Source: Schizochytrium sp. TIO01 (lineage: Eukaryota > Protista > Bigyra: Labyrinthulomycetes). Taken from it: a DNA stretch of 64,000 nucleotides. The notes beneath the pieces are model-generated. The model saw only the letters and a program-made list of their open reading frames with translations. It ran no database searches and had not been told where the DNA came from. Below, piece after piece: positions 51,369-64,000 of this stretch. The translations under genes and the position numbers were made by a program. Location: contig SMSO01000014.1 of NCBI GenBank assembly GCA_004764695.1, forward strand, positions 1,359,648-1,423,647, in the 5' to 3' direction. Numbering within the stretch: position 1 is the first letter of the stretch; the number at the start of each line of letters is the position of its first letter.

Positions 51369-54300
51369 TGTGATTGCTCCAAAACACTCCTACTGCTACT
51401 AGACCTATGTCTCTGCGTTGTATGGCTTATACTGCGTTGGGCTTAACCAGGATCCTGCTCTTGAAGATTGGGCTTTGCTCAATTGAAGTTTGTTTGCTTT
51501 CGAGTCACAGCCGATGGTGTTTTCTAGATTTCTTTACTTCAATAATCGATCAATATCTTGAGATTTCCCGTAGGGGACTGTGAAGAACACTACTATTATA
51601 CCAGTAAGCAACTCCTAGAGCAAAGATCCACTTTTTTCTCTATTTCTGTCGTGCACGCCAACTCTAGGAGTACATTACTTGAAGCGGATTCCGTGCATTC
51701 GTGCATGTATCGCCGAGAGCATTTTATGCTGACGGAGTATCCTGGAACACTCTGGACATGGCCATTTATTCGAGGCCACATCTCGCGGTGTATTGTACAG
51801 ATATAAACGACACTTCCATTTATTATCTATTTTTGAAGCTTGAAAGTATTCTCAGTGCTGTACCACAGGTCTACCCTAAGTTCTAGCTTAATAATACGAG
51901 CTTGCAAAGTGTTTTCAAATGGTCTGAGTAAAAATTTCTGGAAAAGCACATGTGACTGAGCATCTCAATTTTTTTACACGAAGCATCATAGATATATAAC
52001 AACTGAAGAAATTCAATATTACCAATTAAAATATAAAAGCAACGAACGCTTTATCATGACCGAACAGTAACAAGTGCTTAAGCCGAGAAAGACATTGCTC
52101 ATTCCGCTATTGTTTGTTCTAGCTTATGGTGTGTTTCATGTCTATGTGAGTGGTACCAGCACTCACGATTACTTTCGATATGGAGACGAGAACCAAACCT
52201 TGATTCAGTGTATTTTTGATTTTGTGTTCTTGAAGAGTATAGGTAAAATGGCGAAATGTAAATTGCACAGTATTATAGAGGGTGAAACTTTGTTCATCCT
52301 ATGCTTATCAGCACACTTTTAAAGCTAGTTGAATGTGAACGTTTTGATCTTCCTTTCAAATATGTAGCAAATAACATATCTACTTTCGTCGACCCTATTC
52401 GATTAGGCTTACTTTCAAACTCGATTCAAAATACAGCGTACCTAGCAATACGAGCCTAGGACAGGAAACAAATGCACTATATAACCTTTACTCTTTCTAT
52501 CTTAGTTTTCGCTTTCAACGAGACATTAATAAAAACTTAAAACTTCCCATCGAACTTTTGCAAGTCCTTTGTAACCTTTGAGTGAATGCGAGAGATCAGA
52601 CCGTAATCAGGCCGTTGCTCGCCTTGCAACATAGCTACAAATGCGAGAAAATAAAGAAAATACACATTCTTATAATTCAAACGGCAGCTCTGAGATGCAT
52701 GTTTTGACTTGAGGCTTCCCCCGTGTGAAGAGGCTTATAAAAGTAGTATCTAACTAGCAACAGGGACGGCAGTCTAACGCCAGGACTTATTCCTAAGTTG
52801 GTGGTCAGATGTATTTAATTAAAAAAATTAAACAGAAAATTGAGTAAGGGGTTTGGGAAATTATTCTATGTAGAGAAGTCAGTGACAGGGGAGGAGGGCT
52901 TGTTCCTCCAAGATGGAACTTTTACTCAAAAAATCTATTCTAATTTTCTTAAAATGGAGAGCACCTCACTTCACTAAAATAGGTGCTAGAGAGGTTAACT
53001 ACGACAATGCAATGTTATTCTTTCTTTCAGCAGTCCGTGTCCGATTGATGTAGAGCTAGATTCGGCCAAAATTTATGTTCATATCTCAAATGGTTCCCTT
53101 TCTTTCTATCGGTCGATGGAGTGATAGCCTCAGTATACTGAAATTCAGCTTGGCACAGAAACCATACACAAGCACAATATTGAGCAGCATAAATAATACA
53201 TGCAAAAGAAATGATCAAAGGTGGGTTTATGATAGGCTTAAGCAAATTCCGGAAAGTGAAGGCATAGTGTTGAATCAAGTGGTACATTTTGGGAATGTTG
53301 AAATAAAATCTCTTTGCTTTATGAAGTCTTGACAAAGCAAGCTCTCGATGCTCTCTGATTATCGATTTTGACTGTAGAATCCCAAGGTAGAGGCTTTACC
53401 TTAACACTTAAACCAGAAGGAACCATCGTTCACGATAATTTCGTACTGAGGTAATGCTGAAAGGTGATCAAGATAGACTCTATTTATGATTAGGAAATTA
53501 AGACAGGCTTGATCAATAGTATTGTCTCGCTTTTAACCAAAAATTTGATTTTCATGATACTTATTTATTGAACATATATAGGATTTATGTACAATTTTAA
53601 TTATTTGCGTCCCTAACTTCACACCAACATACCTGACCGACCACCTTCTCCATTTCATATGTTGTACAAATATTAATACTATGCATCTCACAATTGTGTG
53701 CTTTGAAAGTCTGTCCGAATAATTTTTTCATCTGTGGTCCTAACTATTTTGCAAGCTTCCCTTGGTGTTCAATCTGATAATAAAGTGATACCTCTCTTCC
53801 ATGATTAATTTACAGAAGTGGTGTGGTTTTTTAGCGAGCATAAAATTCATATCAAAAGTTGTTCTTGAAAATGCCACCTACCTAGGAGTACTATGTGTTC
53901 TTTGAAGCCTCAACACTAAGAATTCCTTACCTATTTAAATCTACTAAGACCCTTTCCCACATTAGAAAAAGATTAGCTGTGGGAAAAGAGAGTGTGCACT
54001 TCTGAATGAGTTGAGGATGTAATTGATTTTGCTACTTCGAGCTAACATATCATCCAAGCTATAACCGCTACGGCATTGTATACTAGCTTGGTCAACACAA
54101 CTGGTGTTTAATGAGAGGAAACGAAACAAGGTTTGCCACAATATCAAGTCTGCATGTGTGTTGGGTTTTGTCATACTTGTACCGATATCGGTAATTTTAT
54201 GCTATTAAAGAGTGACTTTCTTCCGAATCATCTGAGAGGATTATGCGATTGTTGGGATTTGGTGCGTCAAGTTTGACTAAGGTACCAAGGTGCATTTTTG

Positions 54301-54947
54301 ATTGCGGGCCAGTTCGTGTCTGTCGGTATGTTGCATAATTAAGGAACAAACGACGTCATCTTAACAGGAGATAAATGAAAAGGCAATTTTAAACACGTTC
54401 AAAACTGCAAACGTCAACGAGAAGAAGCACAATATTGACGTTTTTATTAAAAAAGAGAAGACTATCATCACATTTTGAGCAAAAAACTAAATACTATGCA
54501 TATTACGCGTTCGAAGTACTGTTATAACTCAAATGTACCATAACTAAACGAAATAAATGGCACTCTGATGTTTGTTCGATTTTTTGTAATCATCGGTGGG
54601 CTTGCAAGAAATAGAGAGAATTTTATACATAGAAAGTGATAGTTACTTTTTTCGGGTTTCATCATCATCATCATATCAACGTTATCGTTGTCATAAGCAA
54701 GCAGTAGAAAGGCAACAAAAGCTCCAAAAGGACAAAAAGGTAGACGGGTAAAAACTGCTGTGACTGTAGTTCTATGGAGCATCTTGAACATGCAGAGATT
54801 ATAAGAAAAGCAAGGAGAGCAAGTGTGTTCTCCAGTAGAATGACAGGGTCCGACAGCGTCTGTCGGCAAAACAATACACAGACCAGGCAGGTTATGCCTG
54901 AAATGGTGCTAAGATTTGGGGGACACAGACATACGCATGTTGGCTTT

Positions 54948-56510
54948 TCAATAGTCGTCAACACTACGGCGACGGCGCTTATTTGCAATGCGACCTCGTG
55001 ATTCTGTTGTGCAGCCACTATTGTCTTGCCCCTGAGCAGGCTCAGAGTCGGAGGAAACTGCATCGTCATGTTCACAGGGTTGTTCGTCGACCTCACCAGA
55101 GACTGTACTCTTCTTATCGGATGTATTTTCCAAAACAAGAAGACTGCACTTGCGAGCAAAAGCTTCGACCTTGTCAAAAAAGTCCATTTCTGAGGCCTGG
55201 TGTGTGAGGTCAAGCAAGCGATCACCAAGAGCTTTTGCGAGCTTTGCATTGGTTCGCAGCCATCTTAATACATCCTTAGTTGATGGGCGCCGGCCGGTGA
55301 TTACCCAGCGCTGCACAGCGGCATCTGCATGCAAAAACTCTGCTCCAGTGGCCTGAGCCTCCTTGGCAGCCTTGAGTACAGCCTCAACGCTGTCCTCAGC
55401 AGCTTCAGCACGCAGAGCAGGAACCTCCGGGCCAACACTAATAGGAGCACCGGACTTAAGAGGAAGGCTAACGGAATCAGATTGTTCAATGCGCTGACGG
55501 CAAAAGGCCATGACTGAGGCCACGTTCTCTCTAGCTGTAATATAGTCCTGACCGGCACAGGCTCTCAACTTGCGCTGGGCCTTTGCGACTCGGTCAGCGT
55601 CTTTTCTCAGGCGCTGGCCCATCTCTTCATACGCCCAGGTTGTGTCCGCCATCATTTCGTCGCGTTGTTGCTCAAGGGCCATGAGCTTGTGTTTCAGGGA
55701 CTCGATTTGGCACTGGACTTCGTGAATCTCCTTTGCACAGACACGCTCGATGCTCTTTACACGCGCGTCTGTCTCAGATCGCCTGAAAGTTTGGTGACAA
55801 TCGAGCATTTGCTGTGCGCAGATACGCTCACGTCTAAGGAACTCAGCGAGCTTGCACCTGTTGCGTTCCACTTCTTTTTTATCAGCGTGCTCGACAAACT
55901 CCTTGGGATCGCCAGGGTCGCTGAGGTCATCATCCTCCATACTACGGAGACCGCATGAGGAACTCCAGGCATCGTAGCCGCTCGTGGGGTCCAGCTCTGT
56001 GTCTCCGTTGTCGTATTTGCTCGGGCGCATCACTGATGGTGCCTGAGAGAGCTCCTGTTTGCGAAGGAGATGGCCAATAGCTGAGTTCAACTTCATAGAG
56101 AAGTGCTTGTTCTCGTCGTTTGTCATGCCATCCCAGTGGCCGTGGTCAGCCTTCGAGCGTCGGTTTGTTTCTGCCATGGTGGAGCCGTACATGGGGTTGG
56201 AGTTGTGCTGCCCAGGGCGGCGGTCCTGCTGTTGTACGTTGTGAGCCACTGCGCTCCAAAATGGCCATAGAGCTGCGACGCCCCAGGTCATCTCTCCACG
56301 GACCTGCATCGAGGGCTGTCTTGTGTTGTTCATTTGCAGGAAGTGGTGCGGAACCTGAGCCTTTCCCATGGCGCAGGTGTTGTCGTCGATATTCGGGTTA
56401 ATGTTAGAGATTCCTGTCTCTACCTTTTCCTTTTGCACAGAGCCCGGTGCCGGGCCACGACCGTGCAAAGCGGACTGCGTCTCTTCGTTGAGTGTTGGGA
56501 AGAAGTGCAT
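54948..56510 (-). CDS. Hypothetical coiled-coil protein (520 aa)
   Basis: Long ORF with GC3-rich codon usage like neighbouring genes and a heptad-rich central segment (IHEVQCQIESLKHKLMALEQQRDEM). No family recognised. Confidence 0.7.
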   Translation of the reverse strand: MHFFPTLNEETQSALHGRGPAPGSVQKEKVETGISNINPNIDDNTCAMGKAQVPHHFLQMNNTRQPSMQVRGEMTWGVAALWPFWSAVAHNVQQQDRRPGQHNSNPMYGSTMAETNRRSKADHGHWDGMTNDENKHFSMKLNSAIGHLLRKQELSQAPSVMRPSKYDNGDTELDPTSGYDAWSSSCGLRSMEDDDLSDPGDPKEFVEHADKKEVERNRCKLAEFLRRERICAQQMLDCHQTFRRSETDARVKSIERVCAKEIHEVQCQIESLKHKLMALEQQRDEMMADTTWAYEEMGQRLRKDADRVAKAQRKLRACAGQDYITARENVASVMAFCRQRIEQSDSVSLPLKSGAPISVGPEVPALRAEAAEDSVEAVLKAAKEAQATGAEFLHADAAVQRWVITGRRPSTKDVLRWLRTNAKLAKALGDRLLDLTHQASEMDFFDKVEAFARKCSLLVLENTSDKKSTVSGEVDEQPCEHDDAVSSDSEPAQGQDNSGCTTESRGRIANKRRRRSVDDY

Positions 56511-57301
56511 CTGCTACCTTACCAGCCCCAACCCCCTGGCTTTTCGAGACTGCTGCTACGCTACTTCGCGAAGCTCCCTTGCTCCTTCCAGAGGAGTCTC
56601 AAGTGTCGCTTGCCTACTTTACTCCTGCCGTCGCGGCAAATTACTTCGCGTACTGCTTACTTTCTTGGCCGTCTAAATGTCTGTATTGCTATAGAACACT
56701 AAAGACTCCTTCTTTTCTTCTCGAGAGTTGAGTAGTTCCTCTTTATTTCTTTTTATTTACCGCTCGCCAAGAAGCCTTTCTGAGGGCTCGCTGATTTACT
56801 GATTCACTGATTGAATGCCTCGCTGCCAGCCTGAGCTCTTCCGCTGCACAAGCCGGGCTGTCTCTTGCCTGCCGCTCCCTGCTGCTGCTGCTGCTGCTGC
56901 CCGGGGCCCTTCTCGCTGCCGCCAACCACTCTGTTGCCCCTTCTTGCAAGACTGCTTGCTGCTGGCAGCTCGCTGTCTGCAATGGCAATCCCGAGCCTCG
57001 GTTCACCCTCTCTTGATGTGCAAAACTTTGGACTTAAGAGGAGAAGACAGCCAAAGAAAGCTTGGCAAAAAATTAAAATAAAAGAAGCACCTCAAAGAAA
57101 TCACAAGGAACAGAAGAGAGAGAGAAAGAGAGAGAGAGATAAAACGAGGAGAAAGGAGCCCTTCTTCCTGCTTTTTCTTTTTCTTTTCTTCTCCCTTGCC
57201 TAGCGTCTATCTAACTCTACCGGTAGAACTGCCGCTCCACTTCGTTCCTCTTTCTGCCAACTAACTGTTGGATAAAAGGGAAGAAAGAGAAGAAGTGATG
57301 G

Positions 57302-57352
57302 CAATCGATCGATCGATTGATGGATTGATTGATTGATTGATTCAATCAATCA
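57302..57352. repeat. Two adjacent palindromes built from GATC/GATT tetramers
   Basis: CAATCGATCGATCGATTG (57302-57319, perfect 18 bp) and TGATTGATTGA-T-TCAATCAATCA (57330-57352). Confidence 0.85.
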
Positions 57353-60300
57353 GAAGAGACTACCTACCAGCGAAAGCTAGTAGCTTCCTAGCACCCCGAG
57401 CGACCGATTGGGTCGCCTTGCGCTGCGAGTCTGATCGCCTCTTGCTACGGAAGCTCGCGTATGTTGTACGAGGGATGCCGCTGTCCACGCCTTGGTCTGA
57501 GTTTCACTCGTGTTCGCTCGTGCCACGAGTGAACAAGAGGACCGAGGAAACGGCGAAGATGACTGTGTGTGAATGAGGGCCCTCAGCTAGTTAACTAAGT
57601 TTGCAAACTGCGAGAAAGCGAGGAACTTTAGAGCCCTTGTCTCCCTGCGCTGCCTTCGCGAGCGGAAAGGGCTTTGCTACCGAGTCCGCCCGCTCCACAA
57701 GCTGGTGTTGACCTGTACCTCTTCGATGATCTGGCTTGGGAAAACCTTTCCGAGCAAGGTCTCCTGCAGTGGCGATAATAACCAGGTGATGCGATGTGCC
57801 TGCAAGCGATGATGATCTCTATAACGTGCGTACGTCCGTACGTGCTCGCTGGCTGCGCCCCGCGCCGGCCTGCAAGCAACGAAGGAGCACGATGTCTGTC
57901 CTTCTCCGTCTGGTCTAGCTGTCTTTCCACGCGCCTCTTCGAGCGCGACGGTACCTGAGCCACCGAGTCCTTCTCGAGCTGCCCTCGCCGCGCTGTTTGG
58001 TGTTTATGTTTGCTCAGCGGCGACCTCTCTTTTCTCCTCGCTTCTTACTTTTCTTTCATTGCCCATTTGTTCTGAGTCATCTATTTATTTACTTATTTTT
58101 AAATAATATTTCTACATATTTTCCTTTGAAAGGGTCTCGGAGATCACGCTCCGAGCGTCCCCTTAATGCTTCCTTATGCAATTCCCTCCAAGTTGCTTTA
58201 TTTGAAAGAATACTCGATGCTCAAATGAAAAACGAGATAAAAATTGGAGGTCTCCTTAAACCCCTTTTCTCTTTCTTTCTTTCTTCTAACGCAACTTATA
58301 GTATTATTGCTACGCGCGACTCTTATTAAACACCAAAGTATTTGGTCTTATGGAATGCCCGTAGTGAAGGGCTAGCATCCTCTCCCCACTGCTACAAGGA
58401 CGAACGTATGGACTGCTGGCGAAAAGAAAGAGTCATAGAAACGAACTTGTTTTCATTTTTGTTTTAAAGAAAAATGAAAAAAACAAAACAAAACAAAAAA
58501 CATTTTACAGGCTCCGAAAGAAACTGTCTGCTGTAGCTGGTGAATGGAATTGCGGGCCAATCACATTCAGAGGGCCCCTAGCAATCTGTCTCCACCCAGA
58601 TCCACGAAGCCAGCGAGCTCTAGCTTCTTGCTCATCACTCCGGCGCCATGCAGACCGCCCTTTGTTACCCCTCCCAACTCTCAGGCTCCGAGCCCCTCTT
58701 CGTGACACTGCCTCCGAGAGCACTCTAACAGAATTGACCTGTCCCCTCGGTGCTCGCGGATGTGAGGTGAAGAAGTACTGTGTTTTTTTTTTTTTTTTTT
58801 TTTTCTTTTCTTTTCTTTTCTTTTTCATCGTGATTTCTTCTTTCGAATTAAAGCTTTACTTTGCTCCTCGACTACCGTGGAATTTATTTCGTTAATCCGT
58901 GCCGGTAGCTTTTCGACACAGTTCGTTTACAGAGGCTTGGCTGAGCGCCTGAGAGCGCCCGCTGATCTTCGCGTGTATAGTTTCGCAACTCATTCGTAGC
59001 CTGTGTTGTTTATGCTATTTCCGCAGTGGATAATGTGTCTTTCCAGGATGGTTGTCAATCCTGAGATCTTCTAACCAACAAATTGACTCTCTAAAAACCA
59101 TGCAGAGACGAAATTGAGGAATGCGTTAAACCAAACAAGGAGATAGTCTTGTATCGCGCTCATGGCAAATGGAAACCTCACTCCCATTCGAGAGCACAAG
59201 TACATTGGCTGAGACAGACACAGACACACTGCCTGGCATAGCCCGTTTCTTGAATAGAGCGTTTTTAAAAGAGCCCATAAAACTATGCAGCCAAGCTCTT
59301 CGCTGCATTGAAAAGTATGGTGCGCCGCCTAGACGCCAGGTTTGGTTGACTCCCCATCATGTCTTGAGCAAATTTGCGTAAAATCCAACATATGATATCA
59401 GTGAGTGGCAGAGTGAATGAACACACCACAACAGCCTCTCCAATTGTTGGAATCACGTCAAGTGAAATGAAAAGACAGAGAACTTCAAACACTCTAGTAC
59501 TTATTATTTAGCAGCACTATGGTTCATTGCACTTGCATTTGACTTATCGCGATGTTAACAAGTAGGATGGCACGGTTCTCAGGTGGAAGAGAAACATCCT
59601 CCGAAAGAAACATCATTCTCGACCTTTCTGGCACTTTATCCTTTTCAATTGACCAGGTTTGCAGAACAAACATTACGAATACTACACCCTGCGCACTAAA
59701 GCTTGAACCTTCAACGGAAGATCAGTCTCGAAGGATTGATGTCAGTTTACAAAAGAGCTTTCGATGTTAACTTTGTCTGTGTCTGTCGGTTTGGCCACCT
59801 CCACGTTAGAAAAGTAATGAGTGTTCAAAACTATCTTTATTCCTAAAACTAAAATTGGAGGTTTCCGGTCACTACAAATATTTAAAAACAAAATTAAAAT
59901 TAAATATGGCTATGTAGAACATTATACGACACTAACTCCGTTTAAAGACTATAGAACTTCAAAAGACAATATGTATATAACGAATTGGCAGAATAAACAC
60001 CATACGGACTGATATTCTCCTTCGCATAATGAATGGTTTCTGCTAACAACAACATCTTACATGCCATCGCCATCTCCTAGGCCTCCTTTCTAATCAGTAT
60101 AGGGCTGACTCGTCGATAAAAGTTTTATTGACATCTTTAGCACAAAGTAAACCAAATAAGAGAATGGAGAGGCAGCGAGGAAAAAGAAGAAAAAAGGAAA
60201 AAAGGAAAAAAGAGAAAAAAAAGAAAAAAAGTGTTTTGCCAAGTGGTTACAGAGGGGCCACTGATTGCCAACTTGTTATGGCCTTCGGGTCCCGCAGCTC

Positions 60301-63300
60301 TCTCCGTGTGGGTACTTGAGTCAAAAGACGTGCTTTGTAGAACTTGCTGTGCAAATGCCTCCCACGCTAGCTTTGAAAATATTTCGTGGATACAGTTCTC
60401 TGTGGAGGAACTCCTAGTAGAAGATAGTAGGTCCCAACGTTATTCAGCCCCTCAACTGAAGCTGGCTGTTGTTGTGTCGCAGTACAGCGGAACTAAACCT
60501 ATACCGCCGCAGTCGCACGGAAAGTGCCCATCCCTCTCCACGCGCGCCCCAGGATTGCTTGCTGGATTGAGGTGCTCAGTTCTCATGCCAGGGTCACAGT
60601 GTTAGCGGGCATGGCCTGAGTTCATGGACTATTCATCGTTCACAGCGTAGCGTGCAGCCCTTGTACAAGGCCCGCTTCTTTGGCTATCTAATGCCTAAGT
60701 GGTCTATAGACTAGTAAGAAGTTTAGACGGGCTGACCGCTCGCCGTTGAACATCGTAGTTCTTGCTACCTCAGCCTCGTCACGAAGCTGCTGTCGTGGCC
60801 GCCGGTGCGGGTAAAGACTTTCTTCTTTCTTTGGTACACCAGAGGCCTCGCCTGACAGCGGCCCAAGCGTACGACTGTTGCTAGAACGCGCCAAAGGGGC
60901 ACCGGTTCGCCCGTTACAAAGCGCTTGTGGACAGGAGGTAAGCGTTCGCAAAATGTGTGTGTTTGCCTCATCGAACACTACAACAAATAGTCCACAACAA
61001 CACCACTGCTCACCACAAATCCAAGCAACCTTTGAGAATACATGACTCCGCCGCTTACCGTGACCATAGTTTATGCACGAGGTCACCAAAGCGTTATTTT
61101 CATTAGCCGCGCTGAGTGCCTTCAGCTTCAGCACGTGGCCTAGCTCACGATCGCCAGCGTGTGCCGGAGAGGCCACAAAGCACGATAAAGCCGACTTCTA
61201 AGGGTTTAGATTATGTACCCATCTCTATGGTTTATAGTAGACAGCAAATAAGAGCTAATACCAGTTGAACTCGGCTCCTTGCGAAGAAAGACCTTTGTTG
61301 AAAGTGAACAAACAAACCTCCGAAGACGACCAGTCTCAGTGTTAGTACACTGCACCACTGCTTTGCTGCTCTCTCCTGACATGCTTTATCGGAGTGGGTG
61401 GAGCTACACCCCGGCGGCACTGCCCTTCAATCGAGCTTTTGTTTTGCAAGACATAAACAGGCATCTATAGAGATGCCAACAATGTGTAGAGGTGAGACCT
61501 TTCGATCGCTATTTTTAGCGATGATCTCACAGTTTGCGAACTCTCTCTGCTTCTCCTCCTCCACAGATAAATTTTCATGAGCCCTCCGAGCCGAGGCGGC
61601 GGAGATATGGCAATTTTCCCGGTCATGCGCCTACTGTGGAGGAAGTTTAGTGCACGCTGCGGTGGAACTCTGCTTTGCGAGTCAAACACCTTCAATCATT
61701 AGTAGAACCTTACTAGAAGTTTATTAATAGATATAGTAGTAGTACTCTTGTAGTAATCGCCGAGAATAATCTTTGAGCCACCTCATGTTCATTTATGTTC
61801 TTGTTGCGCTGCTTTGGCAACTGTTGGAAAGGAAAGAAAAATGCACAAATTTCCGCTGCCTGGGTGTCGATGAACCATATCGCAGGGCACCACAAAGGCA
61901 CTTAAGGATTCGCACGGCCTGTGGTTCGGGTGGCCTTATCACGAAAGCTCAAGTCAACGGGCATCTCTTGCCAGCCATCGCAAGATCCTTATGTCGTTGA
62001 GTCTGTGATAAGCAACTATAAAGAAATCTTATTGCCAACTAAATGCCAAAGTACCTTTCAATTTAAAAGTTAAAATTTATAACTTAAAGAAAATGGAAAA
62101 TATTTTAATTTTTGTTTTTCAAGTTACTTTTTGAGGGGAGGAAATTGTATATATATTAAAGTTTTAAATTAAACATATACCTTCTAATATTTACAACTTC
62201 GACGTTTACGTTATTTCAGGATCAGCGGATGGGCTAATGTCCTGGTCTCTTGCAAACTGCCTATATGCTAGTTTTGATTGTCAATGAACAATACGCATGC
62301 GAGTGTTACTTTATTTTATTTTGAATCCTTTAAAAATAAACTTTTTTACCTCTGACAGGTAATGCTTAGCAGTGAAACAGGTAATTGTTAGGTTGCCATT
62401 ATAGATCTGCGCTACTCTTGTAACAGAATCAATAATTAGTACTCTAGGTTCGACATAGGCTGACATTGGGTAATGGTTCCATACATCATATACACACACG
62501 TCTACACAAAAATATATCGACTATATGCCTGTTTATGCATTGAGTCTTCACAAATTATATACTAAGTTACGTAACATGTATAGGGCTGCCTGATGCTATT
62601 TATGTGCTTGCAATTTGCATCTGGTTTAATTTGCGTTGTTTTTATAACAAACTCTTTAAATATGTCTCGTATAACGAATAAGAGACTCGAAAGCCTGAGA
62701 ATCATTGCAGCAACCGCCTTCACACTGTTGGAACAGCTTAATAGTCGACGTTCCTTGATATGCAGTAGTTCTGCTAAGCACTCTCTAGCACCTTTGCCAT
62801 CGACTTCAGCCTCTCTGTTTTCAATTTTTCGACTCTCCGTCTCTCTCAACAACAAATAAATCCATTGTCTCACTGACCGACTGGCATCGACGTTTATAGA
62901 AAGACTTATGAGAGGAGAGCATAAATTGCTCCGCCACAGCCATCTCGACGTACACTCACTTCTCAATGACTTTGCCATCTTGTTCCCCCTCACAGCGACA
63001 ATTTTTTTTTATGATCTTCCAAGCAATGCCTCCCTTAACAGGGGACCACGATAGCTGTTGCTGCTTTGACTTGGAAAAGAGGGGTTGAATTTTTCGAGCA
63101 ATTACACGCCATGGTGTATACCTGTGTCTTATGCCCTCTTTGTCATTTGTAGTCGCCCTAGGCAGCTTGCACTCACATGATGGTTTGCAAGCATTAGTCT
63201 TTTTTTGTCAAATTCTGTTTCTGTTTCTTTTTTAATTTGTTTTTAAATTTTTTTGAAATTAATGATATATATATATATTTTTAATTGGAGCTTTTCCTAA

Positions 63301-63371
63301 TTAAAATTAAAACTATTCTTCTTTCAAAAATAAATAAATAAATATATATATATATATGATGTCATAATAGC

Positions 63372-63381
63372 AGTAGTAGTA

Positions 63382-63410
<29 letters not shown>
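63372..63410. repeat. (AGT)4(AAT)9 microsatellite
   Basis: Read directly. Confidence 0.9.
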
Positions 63411-63416
<6 letters not shown>

Positions 63417-64000
63417 TCTCTATAAGGTCAACTAAACACCCGTTTGAAAGCTTGAAGGGCCCCTGCTTGACATACCTGTAAAGCAACCGGCCCCTCACCA
63501 CCCCCACTCTATTATTGATCGGCGGGATGCTTGATGCTAAGTGGGTATACAGTGCCTTTCAATCGAGAACAGTACCTCGAGGCCTTTCTGGCTGATTCTG
63601 GAAACCGAAGAGACCCGCTTCCTCAACACCCTGCGAGCATTCTTGTAGTTTGCAAACATTCTTCCCGATTATAACCTCGAATTATTCAACCACCCAAGCC
63701 AGCTTATAACAAGCCCACTCCTAACAAGCTCACGAAGCGCAATAAACACCCAGTTCCATTGCCTGCCATTCAAGTCAGCGATCCCCCCCCCCCGCAATCG
63801 CCTCCCGCCCGCCCAGAGAGGTCCTCTCAAACAGAACTGGCGGAAACCCGCCATTTCAGAATGTCTGAAAAGACCATTTTGACGTGCCTGGCCTGAGCTT
63901 TCGGCCTCAAAGACTTCCAATGGCAGCTCTACATTCTAAGTGCGCCTATTGGCGCAACTCCAGACAACAAATTCACTCGCCCTCTCATCGCCTTCTGGCA
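63372..64000 (-). mobile_element. Possible decayed non-LTR retroelement 3' end (runs off the window)
   Basis: A single minus-strand frame of ~150 codons broken by a few stops (EFVVWSC...WNWVFIALREL...WLGW..*SGRMF). The non-repetitive segment ends at an (ATT)9(ACT)4 tract. Resemblance to LINE ORF2 C-termini is weak. Confidence 0.25.

Noticed and set aside
54671-55249. 192-aa alternative-frame ORF suggesting frameshift or readthrough of the orphan gene
   Set aside because: No slippery site or stimulatory structure seen, and the in-frame sequence after the TGA meets another stop within 13 codons.

Overview
Eukaryotic nuclear DNA from an intron-poor protist. Gene style, histone sequences and domain content suggest a stramenopile, probably a labyrinthulomycete/thraustochytrid; this is inference and was not verified. 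The window has 14 supportable protein-coding genes, each a single uninterrupted ORF: a multi-SAP/AT-hook protein, ERD2, a USP deubiquitinase, a Nup214/Nup159-like nucleoporin, Utp21/WDR36, an STE20 kinase, a NEK kinase, a MABP-Sec7-PH-ACBP ArfGEF, MTHFR, a low-complexity ankyrin protein, a divergent H2B/H2A pair, a bacterial-type MDR oxidoreductase and an orphan coiled-coil protein. The window ends are gene-poor and contain microsatellite-tailed, probably decayed non-LTR retroelement fragments. I recognised no tRNA, rRNA or CRISPR. The strongest non-coding signal is the mirrored cis-architecture of the H2A/H2B pair. The two genes share an 18/21-nt identical 5' leader, a 30-nt identical 3' element containing a variant histone stem-loop (GGUGUU-AAUC-AACACC) 138/139 nt after the stop, and a second motif (AAYGUAGACA) near where a histone downstream element would sit. 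This may indicate a non-metazoan, guide-directed histone 3'-end processing system. The most unusual proteins are the acyl-CoA-binding ArfGEF and the nucleoporin with three copies of an uncharacterised 42-aa helical module.
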